Below, one piece after another: positions 47,738-55,537 of a DNA stretch of 64,000 nucleotides. The stretch's first letter is position 1. The number at the start of each line of letters is the position of its first letter. This stretch comes from Polyangiales bacterium. Its GTDB lineage: Bacteria; Myxococcota_A; Polyangia; Polyangiales; Ga0077539. The notes beneath the pieces were generated by a model. It was not told the DNA's origin and searched no databases. It was given only the letters and a program-made list of their open reading frames with translations. Where the stretch lies: NCBI GenBank assembly GCA_044229975.1, contig JBGARZ010000015.1, positions 128,001 through 192,000 on the forward strand. Reading direction: 5' to 3'. The position numbers and the translations under genes are program-made.

Positions 47738-49051
47738 GTGCCCGAGCTCCCGCCCCGCCCCCGTTCTCTCCCCATCGCCCCGAAGGCCGAACCCGCGCGC
47801 CGCCGCCTGCCCCTCGCGGGCGAGGTGCGCGAGGTCGACCGCGTGTTTCGCCCCATCATCGCGGTGTGGGAGCTGACGTTGCAGTGCGACCTCGCGTGTC
47901 GTCACTGCGGGTCGCGGGCGGGGCGCAGCCGACCCGATGAGCTCACCACCGACGAGGCGCTCGACCTCGTTCATCAGCTCGCGGCGATCGGCTGCAAGGA
48001 GGTGACGGTCATCGGCGGCGAGGCGTACCTGCGCGAGGACTGGGTGCGCATCGGGCAGGAGGTTCGCGCGTGCGGCATGGAGCTCACCATGACCACCGGC
48101 GGCCGCGGAATGACCCCCGAGCGGGCGCGCGAGGCGAAGCTGGCGGGCGTCGAGAGTGCGTCGGTGTCCGTCGACGCGCTGGAGCCGATGCACGACTCGC
48201 TGCGCGGAGTGCAAGGAAGCTGGCGCGCGGCGATGGCGGCCATCGGCAACCTGAAGGCGGCGGGCATCCCGGTGTCGTGCAACACGCAGATCGCGCGGCC
48301 TGCGCTGCGTGACATCGAGCCGTTGCTGGAGCACCTCGTCGCGGCGGGGATGCACTCCTGGCAGGTGTCGATGACCGTTCCGATGGGCAGAGCGGCCGAC
48401 GAGCCCGGATTGATCCTGGAGCCGTACCAGGTGCTGGAGGTGATGCCGCTCATCGCCCGCGCGGCGCGTCGGTTGAAGCGCGACAAGATCCGGCTGTGGC
48501 CGGGCAATGACATCGGGTACTTCGGCCCGTACGAGACCGAGCTGCGGGGTCGGATGCCGCGCGGGCACATGGCGGCGTGCGGGGCGGGGCGGCTGTCGCT
48601 GGGCATCGAGGCCGACGGGTCGATCAAGGGGTGCCCGTCGCTGCCGACGAAGGACTATGTGGGCGGCAACGTCCGCGACGAGAAGCTGTTGGACATCTGG
48701 GAGCGCGCCGGGGCGCTGCGCTTCACCCGCGACCGCACGCGCGATGACCTCTGGGGCTACTGCGCGGACTGCTACTACGGCGACGATTGCCTGGGCGGGT
48801 GTTCGTGGACGGCGCACGTGGTGTTCGGTCGAACGGGGAACAACCCCTTCTGTCACCACCGGGCGCTGGAGCTGTTGCGGGAAGGAAAGCGCGAGCGGCT
48901 GGTGCTGGAGACCCCGGCGGAGGGCAAGCCGTTCGACCATGGGATCTTCTCGCTGGTGACCGAGGCGTGGCCGGAGGACGAGCTCGCCCGCGCGCAGGAG
49001 GTGGCCGCGACGGGCGAGGGGTGGCTGCTCTCGACGGAGCGGGCGGGTTAG
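47738..49051 (+). CDS. Radical SAM/SPASM peptide maturase 2 (paralog)
   Basis: GTG start 2 bp after the substrate 2 stop; WELTLQCDLACRHCGSRAG; full SPASM Cys set; colinear with maturase 1. Confidence 0.9.
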   Translation: MPELPPRPRSLPIAPKAEPARRRLPLAGEVREVDRVFRPIIAVWELTLQCDLACRHCGSRAGRSRPDELTTDEALDLVHQLAAIGCKEVTVIGGEAYLREDWVRIGQEVRACGMELTMTTGGRGMTPERAREAKLAGVESASVSVDALEPMHDSLRGVQGSWRAAMAAIGNLKAAGIPVSCNTQIARPALRDIEPLLEHLVAAGMHSWQVSMTVPMGRAADEPGLILEPYQVLEVMPLIARAARRLKRDKIRLWPGNDIGYFGPYETELRGRMPRGHMAACGAGRLSLGIEADGSIKGCPSLPTKDYVGGNVRDEKLLDIWERAGALRFTRDRTRDDLWGYCADCYYGDDCLGGCSWTAHVVFGRTGNNPFCHHRALELLREGKRERLVLETPAEGKPFDHGIFSLVTEAWPEDELARAQEVAATGEGWLLSTERAG

Positions 49052-50397
49052 CGGCAGGATTGGCGGGGGCCGCAGCCGGACTCGGTGCCGGGCGCGGTCT
49101 GGGCGCAGCCGGCGAGGTCTTCGAAGGAGTTGTTGCTCGACATGAAGTCGGGCGACGCGGCGCCGCGCCAGCCGCGGAAGATGCCGTGGCCGAGGCCGTG
49201 CGCGATGCGGGTGTTCTGCACGAAGGCCGTTGCGGGAGGCTGCGAGAAGATGATGGTCGAGTCGTGGCTCGCGACGTCGCTGCACGTCAGCAGCACGCAC
49301 CCGCAGTCGCCGCCCGCGTACTCGATGTTCGCGTGTTCGAGGCGGTTGTCGGCCGAGGGAATGCCGCCGTACCAGAGGCCCGACCAGTCGCCCGCGTGCT
49401 GCGTCGGCGCGGCGCTCGTCATGGTGATGGGGCGGGCCGCGGTGCCCACCGCGCGGAGCACACCCGAGGCCGCGAAGTCGCCGGTGTAGTGCTCGATCTC
49501 GAAGCGCGTTCCGGGGTGGAAGCGCATCGTCACGCCGGGCTCGATGGTGAGCGTGGTGCGCCGCGTGGCCTCACGACCGCCCATGCCGATGACGAAGCGG
49601 TCGACCGCCGAGTTGCCGATGCGATACGGGACGCCCCGGTCGCGCAGGGTGGCGTCCGCCTGGAGTCCGCCGCGACCGTCACCGCCCTCGGGGTCGACGA
49701 GGATCTCGTTGGTGCGGTTGCCCGTGTACGTGCCGACCGGAACCGCGTCGATGGCGTGCTCGCCGATCACCATCGGAAAGGGGATCGCCTCGCTCCCGGT
49801 GCGGGTGATCACGAGGTCGGTGGAGCCGGGGGCGAAGGTTCCGGCGCGCTCGACGACGAGGCCGGGGCCGAAGGAGTCCTCGATGGTGACGTGGTCGAGG
49901 AGCGCGACCGGCTTGGCGGGCAGCATCAGGTCGCCGCGCAGCACGAGCGAGGCGTTGTTGTGGAAGCGGTCGCCGCCGCCGTCGGCGAAGTTCACATAGC
50001 GCAGCACCGCGCGGCCGGTGCCCTCGACGGTGACCTGACCCCAGCGGGCGCCCGCGAGGCCCTCGAAGGTGATGGGGCGCTCGGCGGTTCCTTCGGCGAC
50101 GAGGCGGGTGTTGGGGCGCATCACCGTGAGCGAGGCGTCGGCGCGAAACACCACCTGCGCGCAAGGCTCGATGGTGAGCGTGGTGCCCGCCGCGAGGCGC
50201 GTGTCGCCCTGCACCACGTGGGGGCTGGTGGCCGCGGTCCAGGTCTCGCTCTGCTCGATGCTGAGCGGGTGCGTGGTGGGCGTGGTGTTGGTGATGACGG
50301 GACACCCCTGGGCCGACGGCGTCCCTTCGGGCGTGGGGCCGCAGGCGGCGGCGAGCGAGGCGAGGGCGACGGTCGAGAAGATGGCGGCGGTGCGCAT
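49048..50397 (-). CDS. Lipoprotein with right-handed beta-helix-like repeats
   Basis: Lipobox LAAAC; duplicated TLTIEP...GTA..PIT...W module; IEYAGG. Confidence 0.75.
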   Translation of the reverse strand: MRTAAIFSTVALASLAAACGPTPEGTPSAQGCPVITNTTPTTHPLSIEQSETWTAATSPHVVQGDTRLAAGTTLTIEPCAQVVFRADASLTVMRPNTRLVAEGTAERPITFEGLAGARWGQVTVEGTGRAVLRYVNFADGGGDRFHNNASLVLRGDLMLPAKPVALLDHVTIEDSFGPGLVVERAGTFAPGSTDLVITRTGSEAIPFPMVIGEHAIDAVPVGTYTGNRTNEILVDPEGGDGRGGLQADATLRDRGVPYRIGNSAVDRFVIGMGGREATRRTTLTIEPGVTMRFHPGTRFEIEHYTGDFAASGVLRAVGTAARPITMTSAAPTQHAGDWSGLWYGGIPSADNRLEHANIEYAGGDCGCVLLTCSDVASHDSTIIFSQPPATAFVQNTRIAHGLGHGIFRGWRGAASPDFMSSNNSFEDLAGCAQTAPGTESGCGPRQSCR

Positions 50398-50661
50398 GGT
50401 GGAGGCTCTTTCTGGCGCCCCGCGACGATGGTCGGCGGTGCGCTCCGTTGTGGTGTGCATCGACCCTTGAGCACCCCGCGTGCCGTGCGGAATCTGCTGA
50501 TAAATATGGGGATTTCGATGCTTCGCGCTTGAGCGGCGGCGACGTGCACGACGGGCCGACGAAGCGCGGATTGAGCAGACGTGGCGCAACCTCTCCCGCT
50601 CGGCGTGCGTTCGCCGTTGGAAGCGTCGGAGAGCTGTGGTCGGATCGCCGTCCCCCCCCTA

Positions 50662-53600
50662 ATGGTGCTTCCACCCGGCGCCCGCGTCGCAGGACGCTTC
50701 GAGATCGAGGACCTCGCCGGCGTCGGTGGCATGGGCAAGGTGTATCGGGCGCGCGACCTGCACACCGGCGAGCGCGTGGCGCTCAAGCTGCTGCGACACG
50801 ACACACAACATCGCGAGAGGTTCTTGCGCGAGGCGCGGCTGCTGGCCGCGATGCAGCACCCGAGCATCGTCCGGTACGTCGACAGCGGCGAGGTCGAGGA
50901 CGGCGCGCCGTTTCTCGCCATGGAGTGGCTGGAGGGCGAGACCCTCGACGCCCGCTTCGAGCGGGGAGGGCTCAGCCTCGCCGAGAGCATCGCGCTCATT
51001 CGAAGCATCGCCGAGGCCCTCGGCGCCGCCCACGCGCGCGGCGTCGTTCACCGCGACGTGAAGCCCGGCAACGTCTTCCTGGTGGGGCAGCGGGCCGACC
51101 GCGCGCGGCTGCTGGACTTTGGCATCGCCCGCGAGCTCGACGGGCTCGCTTCGCTCACCGGCACCGGCGCCGTGCTCGGGTCGCTCGGGTACATGTCCCC
51201 CGAGCAGATCCGCGGCGAGCGCGTCCACGACACCCGCTCCGACGTGTTCTCTCTCGGTCTGCTGCTCTACCGCTGCGTCGCGGGTCAGCCTGCGTACTCC
51301 GCCGACCATCCGCTGGCCCTGCTCGCGAAGGTGGTCTTCCACGAGCCGACGCCGCTCCTCACGCGCCGCCCCGACGTGTCGCCCGCCCTCGATGACCTCG
51401 TGCGACGGATGCTCTCGCGCCGCAAGGAAGAGCGGCCCGCCGACGGCAACGAGGTCGCCCGCGCGCTCGGCGAGCTCGACGTGGGCGCGGTCGAGGCGCC
51501 GTCGGTACGACCGTCCGTGCTCACCGCCCGCGAGCGACGACTGGTGGCCGTGGTGCTCGTGCGCCTCGCGGCCGGAGCGCGCGACCGCGACGCCACGTTG
51601 CCGCTGTTCGGCGGCGTCGCCCGCCCGGCGCTCATCGGGGGGTTGCGCCTCGACAGCGCGGAGTACGCCTGGCTGGCCGACGAGACGCTCGTCGTGGTGC
51701 TCACCGCCGCGGGCGCCGCGACGGACCTCGCCACGCGGGCCGCACGGGCCGCCCGCTCGCTGCGCGCCGAGCACCCGGGCGCCGCGCTCGTGGTCGCCAT
51801 GGGCGGCGCCGAGGTGGGCGACGCGCTCCCGTCGGGCGAAGTCCTCGAACGCGCCGCCGCCATGCTCGCCGCCTCTCCGCTGCTGGCGCCGCCGGGCGAG
51901 GCCATCGCGCTCGATCCGCTCACGGCCGACCTCCTGCGCGCCCGCTACGACGTGCGCGCGACGCCGCGCGGCGCCGTGCTCGCGGGCGAGGCGCCGCCCG
52001 AGTCCGTGGCCGGGGCGGTGCTGCCCTTCGTCGGGCGCGACCGCGAGCTCGCGCAGCTCGTGGCGCTGTACGAAGCGAGCGCGGCCGAGCCCATCGCGCA
52101 GGTCGTGCTGGTGACGGCGCCCGCGGGCGTGGGCAAGACGCGCCTCGCCGCCGAGATGCTCGCGCGGCTGCGATCGGTCGATCAGCCGCCGGAGGTGTGG
52201 TCGGCGTACGGTGATCCGTTGAGCGGCGCGTCGCCGCTGGCGCTGGTGGCGGCGTGCGTGCGGCGGGTCGCGGGCATCCTCGACGGCGAGGCGCTCGCCA
52301 CGCGGCAGGAGAAGCTGCGCGCCGCGGTGGAGCAGCGGGTTCCGGCGCATGCGCGCGAGCGGGTGACGGACTTCCTCGGCGAGCTGGTGCGCGCGCCCTT
52401 CTCCGACGAGGGGCGGCCGACGCTCCAGCAGGCGAGGCAGCACGGCCCGCTGCTCTCCGATGAGATTCGCCGCGCCTTCGAAGAGCTCGTCGAGGGGACG
52501 TGCGCGCGCGGTCCGCTGGTCATCGTGGCGGAGGACGTGCACTGGGCCGACGCCCCCTCGCTCGCGTACCTCGACGGGGTGCTGCGTCGCCTCGCGCACG
52601 CCCCCTTCTTCCTCGTGGCGCTGGCGCGGCCGGAGGTGCACGACCTCGCCCCGCAGCTCTGGGCCGAGCGTCACGTGCTGGAGCTGCGGCTCCGCGGGCT
52701 GCGCGCCAACGCCTCCGCGGTGCTGGTGCGCTCCGCCCTCGGAACCGACGCGCGCGACAGCGTGGTGGGGCGCCTGGTGGAGCAGGCCGAGGGCAACGCG
52801 TTCTATCTGGAGGAGATGGCGCGGGCGGTGGCCGAGGGCCTGACGGCGGCTCCGCCCGACACGGTGATCGCGACGGTGCAGGTGCGGCTGGGCGCGCTGC
52901 CGTCGCCCGCGCGGGCGGTGCTGCGGGCGGCGAGCGTGTTCGGCGAGGTGTTCTGGCAGGGGAGCGTCGAGGCGCTGCTCGGAGGTGAGGCGGGCGACGT
53001 CCCGACGTGGCTCGCGCACCTCGTCGCGCGCGAGGTGCTGGTGGCGCGCGACGCGGCGCGCTTCCCGGGAGAGCGGGAGTACGCCTTCCGTCACGCGCTG
53101 CTGCGCGAGGGCGCCGACGCGCTGCTCACCGACGACGACCGCGCGATGGGTCACCGGCTCGCGGCGGCGTGGCTGGAGTCCGCGGGCGAGTCCGACGCGG
53201 CGGTGCTCGCGGGTCACTACGCGCTCGGACGCGAGCCCGCGACGGCGGCGCGGTGGTGGCTCGCGGCGGCGGAACAGGCGTTTGAGCGCGACGACCTCGA
53301 CGCGGCCCTCGACCTGGCCCACCGCGCGGCCTCGCTCGACCCGGCGTCGCTGCGACGGGTGGAGTCGGCGGTCGCGGCCCGCCGCGCGGAGCTCGCGTCC
53401 GGGGCGGCGCCCATGCCCACGGTGGTGCCCGCGTCGGGCTACCGCTTCGCCATCGTCCCCGACACGCAGATCTTCGTGGAGGTGTGCGCGGGCTGCTGGA
53501 GCCGGGAGTTCACCGAGCGCTACGTGGCGGACTTCAAGGCCGCGCTCGCGCCGCTGCTGGGTCGGCCGTGGGCGAAGCTGTGCGACCTCGACGCGTGGCT

Positions 53601-53814
53601 GCCGACGGCGCCCGACGCCGCGGAGACCATCATCGACTTCCTGAAGTGGTCCATCGCCGAGCGCATGGTCGCGGTGGCGTACGTCATCGGCAACCCCGAC
53701 GCGCGCTTGCAGGCGCGGCGCATCATCGAAGCGTCGCTCGTCGGTGTGCGATGCGGGTTCTTCGTGAGCGAGGCAGAGGGGATCGAGTGGCTGCGCCGCG
53801 GGGGCCTGGGCTGA
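50662..53814 (+). CDS. Ser/Thr kinase - degenerate cyclase - AAA ATPase - TPR - STAS/SEC14-like fusion
   Basis: GVGGMGKV, HRDVKPGN, DFG, YMSPE; FVGRDREL, APAGVGKT, EDVHWAD, GNAFYLEE, FRHALL. Confidence 0.9.
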   Translation: MVLPPGARVAGRFEIEDLAGVGGMGKVYRARDLHTGERVALKLLRHDTQHRERFLREARLLAAMQHPSIVRYVDSGEVEDGAPFLAMEWLEGETLDARFERGGLSLAESIALIRSIAEALGAAHARGVVHRDVKPGNVFLVGQRADRARLLDFGIARELDGLASLTGTGAVLGSLGYMSPEQIRGERVHDTRSDVFSLGLLLYRCVAGQPAYSADHPLALLAKVVFHEPTPLLTRRPDVSPALDDLVRRMLSRRKEERPADGNEVARALGELDVGAVEAPSVRPSVLTARERRLVAVVLVRLAAGARDRDATLPLFGGVARPALIGGLRLDSAEYAWLADETLVVVLTAAGAATDLATRAARAARSLRAEHPGAALVVAMGGAEVGDALPSGEVLERAAAMLAASPLLAPPGEAIALDPLTADLLRARYDVRATPRGAVLAGEAPPESVAGAVLPFVGRDRELAQLVALYEASAAEPIAQVVLVTAPAGVGKTRLAAEMLARLRSVDQPPEVWSAYGDPLSGASPLALVAACVRRVAGILDGEALATRQEKLRAAVEQRVPAHARERVTDFLGELVRAPFSDEGRPTLQQARQHGPLLSDEIRRAFEELVEGTCARGPLVIVAEDVHWADAPSLAYLDGVLRRLAHAPFFLVALARPEVHDLAPQLWAERHVLELRLRGLRANASAVLVRSALGTDARDSVVGRLVEQAEGNAFYLEEMARAVAEGLTAAPPDTVIATVQVRLGALPSPARAVLRAASVFGEVFWQGSVEALLGGEAGDVPTWLAHLVAREVLVARDAARFPGEREYAFRHALLREGADALLTDDDRAMGHRLAAAWLESAGESDAAVLAGHYALGREPATAARWWLAAAEQAFERDDLDAALDLAHRAASLDPASLRRVESAVAARRAELASGAAPMPTVVPASGYRFAIVPDTQIFVEVCAGCWSREFTERYVADFKAALAPLLGRPWAKLCDLDAWLPTAPDAAETIIDFLKWSIAERMVAVAYVIGNPDARLQARRIIEASLVGVRCGFFVSEAEGIEWLRRGGLG

Positions 53815-53821
53815 GAGGGAT

Positions 53822-54745
53822 CTACGGGGCGAAGCTCTCGCTCAGCGCCGCGAGCAGCGCCGTGACCGCGGAGTTGAGCGGGGTCGCGATGCCGTGCCGC
53901 GCTCCCGCCCGCACCACCGCGCCGTTGCGGGCGTCGTACTCCAGCGGGCGTCGGGCGACGGCGTCGCGCACCAGCGAAGGACGCGCGTCGGGCCGACCGG
54001 ACGCGATGGAGGCGACGACGAGCTCCGCGAGCCCTTCGTCGAGCCGGGCGCCCTCCGCGCGTCCGACCCGCACCGCTTCGGCGACGAGCCCGCGCGCGAG
54101 CTCGGCCACGTCGGGACGGCGCACGACGCCCATGGGCGAGCCCGTCAGCGCGCCCACGGCGGCCGTCACGTTGAGGCAGAGCTTCGACCACGCCGCCGTC
54201 GTGAAGTCGGCGGCGCACTCCACCGTCGCGTCGGCGCCCTCGAAGAGCGCGCAAAACGCCCGCCCCTGCGCGTCGTCAGGCACGACGAGCGACAGCGGGC
54301 CTCCGCGCCGCGCCCGTCCTGGCGCGAGGCGTTCGGCGGGGCACTGCACCACCACGGGCACCACCTCCGCGTCGCCGACGTAGGGTCTCACGCGCGACTC
54401 GTGCTCGACGCCGTTCTGCGCGACCGCGACGCGTACGCCCCGCCCGACCAGCGCGCGCAGCCAGGGCGCCGCTCCCTCCGTCTGGTGGGCCTTCGTCGCG
54501 AGCAGCACCCATTCCACGTCGCCGGCGTCGTCGGGGGTGGTCACCACCCGCGGTCGCCCGGCGAAGACGCCCGACGCGCTCTCGACGACGAGCTCATCGA
54601 AGGGCGCGCGGGCGCAGAGCGTGACCCGGGTCTGGCCGGTCTCCATGAGCGCGCCGGCGATGGACAGTCCGATCGCACCGGGTCCGACGACGGCGACGCG
54701 CGGAGGCGAGGTGGGCGGTTCGGTGGCTTGCATCGTGGGCTTCAT
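53822..54745 (-). CDS. panE: 2-dehydropantoate 2-reductase (ketopantoate reductase)
   Basis: VVGPGAIG, ATKA, QNG, WSKLCLN, SLVRD...LE...NG. Confidence 0.85.
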   Translation of the reverse strand: MKPTMQATEPPTSPPRVAVVGPGAIGLSIAGALMETGQTRVTLCARAPFDELVVESASGVFAGRPRVVTTPDDAGDVEWVLLATKAHQTEGAAPWLRALVGRGVRVAVAQNGVEHESRVRPYVGDAEVVPVVVQCPAERLAPGRARRGGPLSLVVPDDAQGRAFCALFEGADATVECAADFTTAAWSKLCLNVTAAVGALTGSPMGVVRRPDVAELARGLVAEAVRVGRAEGARLDEGLAELVVASIASGRPDARPSLVRDAVARRPLEYDARNGAVVRAGARHGIATPLNSAVTALLAALSESFAP

Positions 54746-54829
54746 CGGCCGTGCTTCTTCCCGCGCTGCTCGCCCCATTCGTCGTCCGGGCAGACGCGCA
54801 GGTCGCGATGTATACCGTCGCCGACCCCG

Positions 54830-55537
54830 ATGCCCGAACCGCAACCCTCCCTCAAATGCCCGAAGTGCGCCGCCACCCACGAGCCCGGCGCCCTCGTCTG
54901 CGGCTACTGCGGCGCGGTGCTCGCGAGCACCGAGAGCCTCGGCGGCGGTGCGCGCTCCCTCGACGCGCGCTTCGACGAGCTCGCCGCCAACGCTGCCGCG
55001 CTCCTCGCCGCGCAGCAGCTCCCGCCCGTCACGCTCAAGACCGTCCACGTCGCCTTCGCCGCGATGGGCGCCAACGTCGCCCGGATGCGCGCCGTGCTCG
55101 AAGCGAGCGCCCGCGCCATCCCGCGCCCCGCGTCGCCGCAGGAGTGTCTCGTCTGGCTGCGCCGCGCGCCCGCGCTCGTGTGGGTGTCGTACGAGGCGCT
55201 CGCGCACACCCGCAACTTCGCCGTCGCGTATCTCTACGAGGTGCTCGCCGAGCTCTACCGCGAGCGCGCCACCTGGGAGCAGCGCGACAAGGGACTCCGC
55301 GCCGCCTTCACGCAGTCCGAGTCCGTGGTGCGGGCCGCGGCGCCCACCGTCGTTCTCGGCGCCCGTCGCTTCGCGCGCAGCAACCCGCTGCTGACGCTCA
55401 TCGTGGTGCTGCTCGCCGTCGCGACGCTGTGGTCCTTCGCGGCGCCGTCGCCGTCGCGCAGTCACCGCTCGCGACGCACCCGCCACCACGCAGCGCTCAC
55501 GTGGCCAGCAGCGCCTCGTAGTCATCGAGCATCCTGA
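54830..55537 (+). CDS. Zinc-ribbon domain membrane protein
   Basis: CPKC...CGYC N-terminus and C-terminal TM helix; 3' end overlaps the GT gene. Confidence 0.6.
   Translation: MPEPQPSLKCPKCAATHEPGALVCGYCGAVLASTESLGGGARSLDARFDELAANAAALLAAQQLPPVTLKTVHVAFAAMGANVARMRAVLEASARAIPRPASPQECLVWLRRAPALVWVSYEALAHTRNFAVAYLYEVLAELYRERATWEQRDKGLRAAFTQSESVVRAAAPTVVLGARRFARSNPLLTLIVVLLAVATLWSFAAPSPSRSHRSRRTRHHAALTWPAAPRSHRAS

Noticed and set aside
47222..49051. 609-aa ORF suggesting a long N-terminal extension on the second rSAM
   Set aside because: The extra part is an off-frame reading of precursor 2; homology with maturase 1 begins at GTG 47738
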